Of a stretch of 64,000 nucleotides of DNA, positions 25,046 to 38,991 are shown piece by piece. The translations under genes and the position numbers were made by a program. The first letter of the stretch is position 1. Every line of letters begins with the position of its first letter. Under the pieces are notes generated by a model. The model saw only the letters and a program-made list of their open reading frames with translations. It searched no databases and was not told where the DNA came from. Source of the DNA: Acanthaster planci (taxonomy: Eukaryota); NCBI RefSeq assembly GCF_001949145.1, contig NW_019091355.1, forward strand, positions 3,144,646 to 3,208,645. The letters are read 5' to 3'.

Positions 25046-27409
25046 AACATTCTCAATAATGTCTACAATGATTGGATTAAGTAGCCTACAAGTATACAGA
25101 AATTTCTGTACTTTAGTGCAGGCTACAAAAACTAGCCTCGACCATTTTTTTTTCAACTTTAATTTCAGATCTCCAAACTCACTTGAAGTGTCTCTAGACT
25201 CTAAAGCGTTCATTAAACGCTTGCTACACCACATGATGTTTGATGAGTCGAGTGTGATCAGAACTTAGGAAATTCCGAAGCTTGTAAAACGGACGTCCTT
25301 CCACTAGAGAAACCTTTGGCTTTTCTCGACCTTTCATCAACTCTTGAGTCACTGTCGGTAACTCTGCAAATTCAGGGTGACAGAGATAAAACAAAAAGGT
25401 CACTGCCACTGACGTTGCCTCATGGTCGAAACTAGTGTGCCGTGCGAGGACGTAGTAGTACGGAATAGTATATAACTTGAAAAGCCACAACAATGATTGG
25501 CTACCGGAGGCTAAGCGTTCGACACGCGCCAACCGCACGGCTGGATTTTGGCCAAAGACACGGCAGCCAATAGCAGGACCAAAATCGAACCAAGTTTGGT
25601 AACAGCACTGTGAAGGCCGCCAGAAATATCCCTCCTCAAAATAACAATAGACTACATCACCACCACCAAATGCTGTACCAACGAGCTATGTGGTGCATGC
25701 ATATTATTCTGGGCATTTTCACCACGCAGGAAAGAGGATATATGAGTCATGATCGTTTCCTCCAGCTGATGGTTTATCGTTCTTCGTTAAAACAATAGAC
25801 ATTCGGCTGAGAGCCCCTGAACTGTTCCCAAAAAAGTTCAGCTTAAACGTTTGGTCTTACGAGAGCGGATGGTGTGCAAGGCTGACACAAAGTCGCACGA
25901 AACTGCATCGCAGACTCGAGCAGAGACCTTCCGGTGTGGGGTTTTGTAACTTTTTTTCGAGGTCAACTTTGAACTTGAATGTTCTCAGAAACAGAGGAAA
26001 ACGCAGGGCCTTGTACCGTGCACATTAGGAACAAAAGTTGAAACTAGCGATATACTGGGAATTATCGGTGAAATGTTTTTGTTTTTATTCGTCGTGAACG
26101 TCAGCCAGAAGACTCATTATTGTGAAGGGCTCTCTACATTAAAATCAAAATGTTGGGTTTTCTTCGTTGCCCGACACCTCGCCGCCAGGTTCGTCTCAAT
26201 GCACATGACGTGCTTCGCGGGGTCTGGATCTGGTCCTCTACCGACTTCAAGAAATATAATTCATTTCGACAGTTTCAGCCTTTAAAAATGCATCTACCTA
26301 AAGCTTGAGTAAGCCTTCATTCGAATACGGTCGCGATAAAAGAACAGACAGAAACTAAGTAAAATATACGTCAGAAACTCGTGGCCAACACAATTATTGT
26401 CACGCTATTTTTATTTATTTATGTTTTTATTTATTTTATTTTATTTTTATTTCTTCCGTTTCTCTGCTCTACTTTTCTCTACAGAAACAAAAAAAAGGAG
26501 TTAATCAATTGGCCAGCTGGAGAAGCAGGACTGTTGAATAACAAAATACCGTTGAAGGGAAGTGGCACTGAATAAAAAACATGTTTGGGGGAATTTCCTG
26601 TAAGTTCCTGGCATTGGTTGGACGGGGGGGAACGGCGTGAAGAACTCGCAACTTTTGAGGCCCGACTTCCGTCATTATCATTCCAGTGGAAGTGACCCTG
26701 CCCAAAATTTTTATCTCTACGACCCTGGCGTGCGAAACGGCACCAATCATTACTGTCAGACTGCTTTCACACTTGGGTTTTGATTTGGTGCTGAAAAGCT
26801 GCGCTTGAGTGAAAGGGGCAACCTCCGTTGTAAATCATCTATTCTGACAGTGTTGTGCCCACCGTCAGTCTACCTCGACACGCAAAGTTTAACAAAGCCC
26901 AGCCGACCTACAAAACGAAAAGCCCTCACAACGATATCATTGACTTCTGTCACTCGTTGCACAAAAGGTCTGGGAGTCTGTTTTCACAGCAGGGGTGCAG
27001 GCTGTGTGCATGTTACCCGGACAGATCCTGCAGTATTTTCCATATACCGACTTGTATCGGCAAACCAGCTACCAGCTGCGAGGATAACACGAAGGAACGT
27101 AAAAGTACACGTAATCGGAGCCCGATCGGGGTCAAAGGATTTATTGTTGAAATCATCACCGTCTTTGTACGTAGTGCACTGAAGGCCCCGTGGTTACTTG
27201 GTATATGAGTCATCGTTTCCCAGGCACAGCAGAATTTTGGTAGAGGAACTCATACTGAAGGGCCAGATCGGAACACGCGACCACTCTCATTCAACGAGCA
27301 CACCTGTACACATTGCAAACTTTTCGCAGTCCGGTATTAAACCATCACTCATCAGTACTACTATCTTATTCAATTTGTCTACCCCGAGATGTTAGTTAGT
27401 AGTACGAGA

Positions 27410-30400
27410 ATGTTCCGTCAGCAGCAATTCCACCGTGTGCCCGCTGTGTTGTCTGCCGTCTTGTTGACGCTCCTCACCGCCCATGCGGCAACCCTACCCC
27501 CTAACGTCAATTTCTTGGCCGGACCAAATGAAGCACAATGCAGTGGGGGTTTTGATCTGTACTTCGTACTAGACAGGTAAGAATATCTCAGAAGTGGCAA
27601 TAGGCTAAAGACCTCTACCAAACCAGGTAGAAATGCGTTATCACGGTTGCAACTTGTTATCTTTCTCCCGAATGAACCTAATCTATCAATAGTATCATCA
27701 AGAACGCCCTTAGCCTACATTTCCAAAAGCTAATTTATACAACGCTGTTATTCCCCCCCCCCCGTTTTGAAAATAATTTCGAACCAAATGCGCCAATCCA
27801 GTATAATTGTTAAACAATTAAATGCCCAAAATCGAGGAAATCATTTCATTTCCGCATGGTCGATTTTTCCAAATTTTGGACGAAAGTAGCTTATCGATGT
27901 ACCCGACTATAGATTCGCAAAATGAGATGAAGAACTTGAAGAAGCCTCTTTTGTGCGAATTTAATCACAAACTGCTTCACTTAATTCACCCACATTATAA
28001 TACATTCATATGAAACTCTGGATGCAGGCTTGCACAGCTTAGCATCATGAGGCAGGTTGCATGTGTACCAAATAGCTCGACACAATCCTAGGCGTACTCC
28101 AATCTGCAACACGTGATAAGTCTAGTCGAACCAGGGGTCGCTCCCCTCAAGACATTACGTACGCGGTGTGGAATTTGGAGCCGGCAACAACATGCGGGCT
28201 GTTCCCAGACTTCCGAACAAAGGCAGGATTCACGCTACCAGACAATAAATCCCACATTTTTCCCTAGGAACAATTAACCAACTGGAAGTAATCATGATTG
28301 CGGGAATGATGGCTAACATAATCTCAGGCACGATAATCGATCACGACTGCTTAACAAAACGAACCGATTTCCTCGGCCATTGAGAAATTGGTTTTCATTG
28401 AGACCAAACAAAACGAAATTCTTAAAACTACCAGAAATGGAAGTAAACTGAATTATTGAACGAATGGTTTTAATTGGTAGATCATTTGCCTACACGGGCC
28501 CATGTCATGAAATAAACCGGAGAAAGGGCAGCATATGACCATTTGAACAATGGCCAGGCACGATATGCAAATACACTTGTTACATTTCCGAACACTTGTG
28601 CCGGAAAGGGACAGTGAAGTGTTTTCTTCCATTGCATTTACATAGGGCTCCGTTAGGGCTCCAAGCTGTTTTCAAGGGCAGGGCAATCGAAAGCAACAGC
28701 CTAAAAAAATGTTTGGAAGGGGAGTAGTGTGTTGAATTTATTTTTCAGAAAGTTTGTATTCTTTGAACAATTTTCTGGGTGGGAAAGCGAATTCGGAATA
28801 CATCTTTTGGAAATATTTCGACAGCTGAAGAGCTGGTGTAACCAGTCCAAATTCTGGGGCCATTGTCATGAAATTCAAACCCATTTAAGTTGATGGTTTC
28901 CTTAGTCTCCTCTCAAACCGACATTAACTGAAATCCATTTTAAAGTATAAAGCAGTTAACTGTATTCGTCTGGAAGCATGGACTCTTCTGAATACCTTTG
29001 AGATAGTTATGAGACACCTTTGGGATTGAAGGAAAGGGAAAGCGGCCGTAAATGGATTTGTGACTGGATAATGAACTGGACTGCGATGTCTAGCCTTACA
29101 TATTGAATATTTTGCATATTACAGATATAAACATTTCAAGAATTCAATCGTGAAAACGTCCAGGTGAATGTCATTTCATTCTGTGACGCGTTTTATTGAG
29201 ATTATGAATGAGAGATAGAGCAGAAAAGAGAGTGAATTTATTCTCAAGTATCTGAAGTAACGATATACATATATATACTCTTAAAACGTCGTGTGTCTCA
29301 CTGTGCCATTACAATATTGAAATTTTGCGGACAACTGTAATTCTTACGGATTCGGATTTTTGCCTTACTTTCGAGTTCAAATGGGCCAAGGTTAAAAGGT
29401 CGCAAGTTTAGTTCGTCTGGACAATTATGCATACTTATAGGTTACGATAACACGGGGAAATTGGTTTCAACATAAAGAGGTGTATTTCCTGCTGGCATTA
29501 TCGGGCAATTCCGGCTCAGAGAAGAGACAGTGCATACAGATGGCGGTCAGTCGCGGTCACAAGATAAAGGAGGCCACGTTACATTTTTCAGTGCCATTGT
29601 TTTATATCCGTGTACATGTACCTCCGTTTGCATTTCCATAATGGATCACTACTAGACCTCTATGTATACGTGTGGGTTTCAGTCCCGGCAATCGTTAAAT
29701 TTGAGAACTTTTGAATGGTTGCATGGGGTGGAATTGAAAATGGCACCATATACATGTAGTTTCCAAAGTCTTTGGTGTAACATGAAAGCGAAGTCTATTT
29801 ACTGAACTGCAAGGTTGGCTTCGAAAGTCATGATAACAACAGAAATGGGGACGATAAGTGAAGATGCGCATTTGGGTTTCCGTAAATTGGATATAATTTC
29901 CATGAGGATCTAGTGAATGTAGTGTTTTGGTTGGCAATAGAATGGGAAGGGAAAGTGTTGCGTAAGGCTTTATCTTTACGAAAAGAAGCAAGTCCCTGTC
30001 TTGTATATTTAATTGCAGAATTCGCGAGGTTTTTATTTTGCGGTAACTGGATTCGTGTATGTGAAAAAAAATCCGAATTGAGCATTTGACGGTTTTGGCA
30101 GCTCTGATCTATTGCACGGCGGCGAACTCCCGAAAAACAAACCGCACGAATACTTGGTGAGTGATCGGACGTAACCATAGTTTCACCGTCTTTTGTTTAT
30201 CAGATCCGGAAGTGTTACAAATGAGAACTTTCAGAGACAAACAGTGGACTTCGTGGAGACATTACTTCAAAGTTTCACAAGGTACTGCCCGGCAGATTCT
30301 CTTGAGTGATTGTGTCCTTGATTTGGCCTAATTTTGTCTGTGTTTTTGCTTATTGTCGGTACGGGATTTTGTCTTTTGAATATTTTTTTTATGATGTGTG

Positions 30401-33400
30401 TATTTCGATTACATTTGTAGTTCAAAGATGCGAGTTTCGTTCGTCACATTCTCAAGTCGAGATTCTTCCAGCGTAATTATGCGGCTTACTCGAAACAGGT
30501 ATACACAATATGATGATGATACCTCAATTTTCCTCTCTTTGCTTTGGAGTAATTTATTTGTGTATGTAGTTTCATGTCAGCCTTATGATACATGTACATT
30601 AGTTATCTTTAACCCTAACAGTCCTCAATCCTTCACCTGTTGGAGGACTGAGGACTGTTAGGGTTAAAGATTGATCCAAGCTTTTTTTTTCGTTCTTTTA
30701 TTAATCTGTTCTTTTTCAAAATCGTGCATATTTCTGTAAGTTGAACTTTACAATTTTTGAATAAAACCGCTATTTTACTCCCATTAACTTTGTAACTTTC
30801 TTCAGTATAGGATTATTTAATTATGTGTGGTGTATATTTGTAGCCTTAGTTAGAAATTTATTGAAAACAATTATTTCCTTACTCTTGAATTGGCAAATGC
30901 AGAAACGTTATAGAGGCTGGCATTAAAGATTTGCGTCAGCTTGGCACCTCGGGAGGAACTTATTTACAGAAGGGTCTAGAATTGGCCAATCAGCAGATAA
31001 GAGAATCAGGTAATGCATAATTAACGAGAAATTTTGTTTTTCTAATCCGGATGGTATGTGTGGGTCATGTTCTCATCCCCCAAGATAATGATGTTTTCTA
31101 TTTCTGCTAAAAAATCCACTCATGTGGCTTTTAATCGCTGTAAATGCCTGGATATTCGAAATCCAATACCACATGGTAGGTCCAGGGTTCCATTTTTTAT
31201 GATCACTCTTCGCAAATTCCAAAGAAAAAAAAATTAACGAAAACAAGAGCACAGCCTTTTTCCATCAGTTAGTGGTAAAATCGAATAAAAGAAATTGTTT
31301 AAGAGCCTGCTTCCAATTCATGCCTCCCAAACAACGTTTTGTTCGTTTCCATCGCACAGCGATGGAGCATATTATAATCGACTGTTGTTTGAAATGAACT
31401 CACACGACAGCAAAATGCTTGACGACTTCGCATTTTTAATAGAAATTGTGCAATAACTGGGCACTTAGTTTCTGTTCCAAATTCGTGAAAGTTTGTCCCT
31501 CTTTTGTTCGCGTGTAAATTCCTCTCGTCCCATTTCCGTATTTCAAAAGTTCCTCGACGATAAACCACTTCTTTTCTCCATCTCGTGGAATTTGTTTGAG
31601 TAATGGAAGGGTTAAGAATGGATACGCTAAGAAGATTCCAGGGTTGAGTTATTTTCCTATTTGCATCCTGAATGAGCTTCTTTTCTTTCCAGATGACGGT
31701 ACAGCAAGTGTCATTATAACTTTGACCGATGGAATCTTGGATGACAGAATTGAGGCTGCGAAAGAGGTGCGATAAATTTTACTGTTTCACCAGTATTTTA
31801 GTTAATCGGTCAACTATTCAGTCATTAATGTTACCAGCCATTCACTCCGTGACTGAATCGCCGAGTAATTTATGATCAGGGTGTCAGAGTATAATTGATA
31901 AATCACTCTACATCAATTTGTTGCCGTTTACTGTTCAGTCAATAAACGAATCAGTCATTGAATTGCATAAATTAATTGGTCAGTTTGTCATTCTCTCAGT
32001 CAGTCACTAAGTTAGTTGTAATTAGGTTATCAGACCGTTGTCTTATGATATATAACCCTATAAAATTTTAGACCCTGTTGTCTGAGATGGATTCACAATT
32101 TGACTGGAACGTTTTGTTCATTCGTTCAATTTAGGATAGTAGTCATTTCTGTGGTATTTCAGCTATCTGGTCGATAATCTGTGAGCTCTTTTTAAAGTTG
32201 ATAAACAAGCATAAATGGACCACTTCTAATCCCCATTTGATTCTGTTTATCCTTGGCTAGGATATTTAATTTTAGTTGTGATTCCCAAAAGTGATATGAC
32301 AAATGAATTTAGGGCGTCAGAGGGATTTTTTGCTTTGGATCACGCAGTGTTTTCTTAGTATAATATTTTCCCTAGCTTTCATTTTTATGTGCGTGTTCCC
32401 TTTGGTGAAGTAGATATTTGAGATCTAAATGTTGAAAGCAGTTTCAAATTGACCGTAGATGAATGAAATTCTTTGCACTGATCTCCTCAACAGGCAGAAA
32501 TCTCACGCTCCCTTGGCGCCAAGATCCTGGCAGTTAGGGTGGGAGAAAGCAGCGTGCGAGATCTCCAGAAGGTAGCTGACCCACCCGCCAAGGAACACAT
32601 CTTCCGCGGGGATACCTTCGATGATCTGCAGTCGATTATCATTCAGGTACGTCGTTTGTGACCAGATCCCACGAGAAGACTCATATGGCCATTTTTTTGG
32701 GGGGGGGAGGGGGGCGCACTTGAAAGAGAAAACTTAACTCGATGGTTTGATTGTCACTCAGTCTGGCATCTGGGTGAAAGTAAACAGTATGTGGATGAAG
32801 TATGTTAAGGGTTCAGAAAGCTTCTATTTATTGGCACTGTGCAAGACAATTAGAGAGACCCTCAACTCAAAAGTGGGTCTCGTGGCTTTTAGCATATCGT
32901 GTTAGGTTGCTTCACATTTGAGTAAAGCATAATGTTAACAGTTTTAATAGCTGAAAGGGTTTTTTTTTCTTGCTTTAAAGAGAACTATTATGTGTTATTT
33001 CCCGTTCAGATTGTCAATACTTCTTGCATTGAGATTCTCTCTGCTTCTCCGACATCCATCTGTGCTGGCGGTAAGAATTTTAAATTGAGTTTTTACAAAT
33101 TTGTAGCCAAGTCCTCATCTTGGTATCGATTCTGAGTCCTGATACAACAAAAGGGTTGCTTAAGTCAGTATCGAGGTTCTTTAAATGTTCAAAATCTCCT
33201 ACCTCCAAGAATTTTGCCACCACCCACTACATCAGGGAATAATTTATCACTACTCTGACATCGGTCCAGTAATCTTCACCACCGAAATTCGGCCCCAGTT
33301 GAGACTAGGGTTGAGAGCGTTGAATGCACAGAAATTTGAACATCCCAGCTAAACCCTGTGCCATCTTGGACTCATTTGAATATGGTGCCTTGCCGACCTT

Positions 33401-36400
33401 TCTCAAAAAAAAACCTCAAGATGATAACACGCGAAAAAAACAAGCCCCCATGCAGTTCCAGCGTAACCTATTACTTGTTGCTCATCACTGCGATGACTGA
33501 ACCGTGTTTTCTGTTCTCACAGAGGCATTTAATGTCAGCATCACCGGCAACGGCTTCACCAAAACGGATGACATCAGTAAGGTCATCTGTAACTTCAGGC
33601 TCAATGACACAGATAATCAAGGTAGGCATCGGTTTGGGAGCTGATTCTCAAAATCGTTAACATTCCCTACCCGCATCACAAATGAAATATGAACATTCGG
33701 GTTCTGTCTTCCTTTTCTGGTATACCTTTCTTGTTGTTCGATATCAACGCTCACATACATTGAATGTCAATTGGTATTAGTTTTTTGACCACTGTATATA
33801 TCTCCCATTAGATTCCGAAGATAATTGGAATTAAATGAAAGTTTGTATTTGTTATATTCAGAGGTGCATCCGATCACTGTATCATCCAGCTACCTCTTGT
33901 GTCCAGCTCCAAAGATTGCAACCCCTGGCAGGTATGTTTGCGTTACCCTACCTGACGATTAAGCGTTGTTAAATAATGGCTTCATTTTCTTGGTTGGGGG
34001 GTTGCTTTACACCCTGGAAATTTCTCGAATTTCAGAACCCGGCAGAAAGTTGAAAGAAGTCGCTTTGATGAAATGTGCTTATTATGAATACCAGAAAAAT
34101 TTAGATTGGTAGGAAAGTATATCACGGTAAGAAGCTCACGATTGTAAAAATAAAAAGCTAACGAGATGCACCTTAAAAATTAAGAAATAGAGTCGCTGTT
34201 ATACAATCTCAACGTTCTCGCATGCACGAATGAAACACCCGAGATGGTCAGGGTATATATAACATGACTGAAGCAGGATTGAGGGTTGATTCGACTTTGT
34301 AATACGTCTCAAGACACAAACCCAAATTTGTCAAAGTTAGTGTACAAAATTACGCAACCAAAGTCAATGTCCGTGAACCAACCGAACAAACTTTTCTTCC
34401 AGAAGCGTCGGTGCTTAACCACGATAGAATGTTAGCAATAAAAGGTTGCTTTGCGCAACAAAAGAAAGTTCCTCCATTCTTGAAAGGAAGTACCGACCAG
34501 ATTTTGCGTGCATATTTGAGTTTACTTAGCTTCAATGATGCTTTAAAGTCAAGAAAAATGACCATTACGCCATTCCTGGAATGTCAATGACCGGAGGATA
34601 TGAGTTCTTATAGATTAGCATCTCACAGAGTGCAAGGTTTAAAATCACATCCATTTTTCCTGTTTAAATTTTCCAAGTTCTGGTGTTGAAAAGTCTTCAT
34701 GACCTCAATTAGGTAGGTTGGGGTCAGAGCAGAAAACCACTTCCTGCAAATCTGTTACATGTTCTCAAGTTTATGAGGAGTAAAGTTGAAATAAATGTGG
34801 AGGATACTTGTGGTCGACCTCAGTGTCAGCCATATAGAGATAGGAGGTTGCTTGTATAATACCCTGCACCGTCTGTTTATCCATTGCTTTATTTGTTTAT
34901 CTATGTGTCTACGTAATAGGGTGCCTTTTTGCGTACTCGAATATTAGTCCTCTAAGTAAGGCGTCCATGTAAATAAATGCGCAAAGGTTGCCGTTCTCAA
35001 ACAGCATGTCATGATAATAAGTTTCTACATGTTAAGAGAAATGTGTCGGTTTTATGGTCTCTTGTCAATTATTGCCGAAATTTTTGTTTAATTTTGATTT
35101 TCAACGTATGGAGTGATATGATGAATATAATTTAACGTATTTGGCAACATCTTTGCTTTATCAACAATCATTTATTTATTTCTTCAGCTTTGTGGTGTTG
35201 CAAGTGTCTGTCAATGGAATATCCTTTATTTCAAGCAATGTGACCATCATGGCCAGAGACTGTACTCAGGTATGTGCTTGTATCAGAGAAATTCCAAATA
35301 TTGGCATTTTTCAGTTCAGAAGAAATATCAGATTTCCAAATAAGCTGGGTGATATGGTACCAAGTACAGATCGGAAAAAGTTATGACAAAATGTAAAGTT
35401 TTCCGTTCTTTAACGTCAACCAAACTAGAAGAAGTTGACTTTGAACATCCAACATGAACGGAATGATATCTGGAGAGGTAAAACAGTTGCAGTTCAAGCG
35501 ACCTTAGAGGTATAGGAAAACAGTGGAACAGAAGAGATTCAATCCGCTTATTAATCTTTGTTTTTCCCTATTTTCAGGAAACTTAATCCGCCCTTGCAAA
35601 GCTTCCTACCAGCTGCACCCCACCTCCCACCAATACTGCCACTGTTTCACGGAGTAATGTTTTCCTATGTTTTGTTTTAATTTTCAGCCTGATGTTACTG
35701 GCGCTGTCTTGGGGGTTCTCCTGACATTCCTTATTCTTGGCTTGTTGGCCTTGTGGTGGTTTTGGAATATCCTCTGCTGCGTAGTGAGTAAACATTTTTA
35801 CTTTCAAAGTACAGAAAAAGTGTCTGCCTAGCCATTATACTTCAAAATACCATTCCCAGATTTATTTCTTTTTCGCTGAATGACTATGTTAAATTTATTA
35901 GTCAACTATTCTAAAAGACTGAACTCCGATACTAAGTCCAACAGCCCACTGTCGTTCATAAACGAGGGTTGGACAGCAAAATACCAACACTTAGAACGTG
36001 GCAGTAATATATTATCGTAAAATGTGATATGATTGCCACGCTAATAAGGGAGGCTCAAGTCGATAAGGCGTTGAAGTCAGGGTTTCTCCATTGAATAAAC
36101 CAAACGGTAAGACTACAAATTTGTGCAGGGATTCAAATGGGTTTTAAAATTGATCTTTTCAGCAGGAAAAAGACTGGAAAGAAAGAAAGTGTACCCTCAG
36201 GTTTCGAACCGCAGACATCCTCAAAACTAACCCTTGTCTACAAGTCAGCTGGAACCGACGAGCCCTTTTCTTCCTGCTTCCTTTTTTTAATGGTCGCAAC
36301 CCACAGACTATGTTTTAAGCTGTACTGGTACCCCATTTTTAAACTTGTAGCATTGTTATTTCTCCTCTGCTCAGGTTGTGAAGGCTCCCCCTTCACCTCC

Positions 36401-38991
36401 ACCCCAGGAGCCCGAGTCGCCCTCCGGCAAGAAGTGGCCGGCAGTCAACGCCTCGGTGTACGGTGGTGGGGGGATAGGTGGTATGAAACCAGTCACGGTG
36501 AGATAACAAAAATCCTCAACCTCTGACTTGATTCCTCGTAGAACAAATATCTTCAGTCCTTTGTTTACTTTTGCGGATCAATTGATAAAAACGTGGCTTC
36601 GCCATTGTCCAGGCTCCGGTTCCTGATACCTGACACGTTTGCAAAAACACGGATTTCATGTGACTTGTTTTGTGTAAAGAAATTCCGAGGAGATAATTTT
36701 CGCCGCGATTTGCGTGCTTTCATTTTGATTCTTAAACGAATCAAATGTCGGCTTCAGTGGCTTTGTGGGAATAGCTTCGTAGCAAGACTAGCATTTGTTG
36801 TTGCCACACTGTTAGCAAATTGGTAACGGGAAACAAAACCTGACTTAAGTCATGCAACGGAAAACTAAAAGGGGCACTTGCTTATAATTCTTGAAAATGT
36901 ACTTTCATGTCCTTCGCATTTAAGAAAGTGATTTCAGATTTGTTTTCCGAAAGAAGAAATTCACAAATTCAACGAATGCATTCTTGGAACAGGTCCGCTG
37001 GGGTGACAAGGGATGCACAGAGGGAGGGTCCCACCTGGAGAAGGCCAAGGATGCCAAGGTCGTCAAGGAGGTTGATGAGACACCAGCAGCTATGAGACAC
37101 GGAGCCCCGGGATGCATGGATAACTTCAAGGTGGGTAGAGGGATGCATAACTTGGTTCAGATCGAGAGAACAGAGTCGAATAATGTTTGTTGACAATGAA
37201 TTAGGTGTAATCATGTCGGCAAAGTTTGCCACTAAGGTTATTTTGCAAATATCAGAAATAAGATAACCAGACGTTGTACCTGTCAAATCAACATCAGCAT
37301 CAATTCTCATCTCGTGCAAAATTACTCGAAATTTTCAAATGAACTGTCTCAAACATTTCCCTCCAAGCATTAAGAAATTCAACATTTGATCTCCCTGTTT
37401 ATTGTTGTCTTCCAACATAGAAAGCACTAACTGCCTGCTTCACCCCAGTTAAATCTCTTTATGATCGGATATCTGTCATGAGACCTGCTCCAGGACAAAA
37501 GGTATGACACATCGTTGCTATTACAAGACTTTAGAACTATTGATGGCGTCACACCATGAAGGCAGGACACAGAAGGAATTTTAACTACCCGGGCTATAAC
37601 ATCTGGCCAATTACCGCTTTATGGCATGCCCGGTACGTCCATAGCAAGAGCGCAGCGAATGCTTGCTACGCACCACGCTTCACAACCATAAGCCCCCTTT
37701 GTACGGGGGGGGATCCTATGATTATCGCTGCAATTTTTCGCTGGTAATCTGCATCCTTAAAAACGTTGTGCACATGAAGTTGAATATTCATACTGTCATT
37801 CGTGCTTGGTATAATCTGACAACAACATCAAATTTAATGCATGCTTGCGCAGTCGCTTGCATATGTATTAGGCTGTTTGCCCTAAGTGTTCATGTGCAGT
37901 CATTGCCCTGATCGATCGTTTTCTTCTGGAGTTATTTTGGGAATTAAAGGCCAAGATGTTTATAAGATGTTTATAAGTTGTGTTTTATTTGAATCATTTT
38001 TATCACAGCATTTATAGAGAAAGGTATTTTATGAGATATCATGATCACTCCTTGTGATAAAATAGCGCATTTTGTTTGTTATGAACTTAACTGTCCAGTG
38101 ATGGTCAACATGTTGGTGGCTAGTCTTAGCCAAATTCATACAAAAAAACTGACGTTTAAGAGAGACAAATTACAAACATTGCATGGATAATGGAACAGTG
38201 TATTAAGCTAAAAAAAAAGTTTATTTACGATGGTAAAAGTAGATCTAATTTTAGAGATTTTCGCTCTCTGTTTCCTGTTCACGGCGATAAGTTGTAGTTA
38301 ACAAACACACCAAATATTGCAAGGTTATTACTGGCCCCACTGTCCGGCTAAGCCGCAGGCAGTAATCAGGCATTTTTGGAATGTTCACAATTGTTCGTCT
38401 GACTGGGCGGCGATGATCATCGAGCATTTGGATGTGCCAGAGTTGTAACACCTTCTGTGTCCTTCCTCCATGGTCAAACTGAGTTTGGAATTTGTATTAA
38501 ATGTAAATATCGTCTCCAATGTCTCTTCTTTCAATGCCCGAACCAGGATACCCAGCAAGAAATGAGACCGAGGGGTACCCCCCAACATGTCCAATCCCTA
38601 NNNNNNNNNNNNNNNNNNNNNNNNNNNNNNNNNNNNNNNNNNNNNNNNNNNNNNNNNNNNNNNNNNNNNNNNNNNNNNNNNNNNNNNNNNNNNNNNNNNN
38701 NNNNNNNNNNNNNNNNNNNNNNNNNNNNNNNNNNNNNNNNNNNNNNNNNNNNNNNNNNNNNNNNNNTGAACCAGTATAAAGGATTGGGCTTTGCAATTTT
38801 TTGTAAGTGAGAATCCCTTGTGTCTGCACAGAAATCTAGTGGAATACTGTTCTGGAATTTGGCCCACCTGTTCACTTCTTTTTCAATAAGCAGTGTAAAG
38901 TAGAGACCTCAAGAGGCCAAAACTTCTAATTGTTTTCCTTCGTTCGCAGGGATGTTGTTGCCGAGTTGAGAATGGGCCCGTCCGCATCTAG
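27410..38991 (+). CDS. ANTXR: Anthrax toxin receptor-like protein (ANTXR1/TEM8-ANTXR2/CMG2 family): signal peptide, vWA with MIDAS, Ig-like domain, TM, Ant_C cytoplasmic domain; about 482 aa
   Basis: 15 in-frame exons: 27410-27576 (alternative ATG 27389), 30204-30281, 30421-30498, 30903-31009, 31693-31766, 32494-32646, 33010-33070, 33523-33621, 33862-33931, 35188-35269, 35688-35783, 36375-36497, 36993-37130, 37421-37501, 38950-38991 (TAG). Diagnostic motifs: CSGGFDLYFVLDRSGSV (MIDAS DxSxS), GGTY, ASVIITLTDG, SCIEILSASPTSICAGE, YLLCPAP, SFISSNVTI, TM ending WWFWNILCC, KKWPAVNASVYGGGGIGG..VRWGDKGCTEGGSHLEKAKDA, YDRISVMRP. Confidence 0.95.
30605..30671. repeat. Near-perfect palindrome; minimal piggyBac-like remnant (TTAA-CCC...GGG-TTAA)
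   Basis: ATCTTTAACCCTAACAGTCCTCAATCCT ... AGGACTGAGGACTGTTAGGGTTAAAGAT with 27/28 matching arm positions; TTAA at 30609-30612 and 30664-30667. Confidence 0.75.
38551..38600 (+). repeat. Dispersed repeat end, copy 1, abutting the assembly gap
   Basis: CCAGCAAGAAATGAGACCGAGGGGTACCCCCCAACATGTCCAATCCCTA is a near-identical reverse complement of 46361-46410. Confidence 0.85.
38601..38766. other. Assembly gap (166 N) in the last ANTXR intron
   Basis: Run of N characters. Confidence 0.99.

Noticed and set aside
38457..38875. Six-frame ORFs containing X runs
   Set aside because: They span the N gap.
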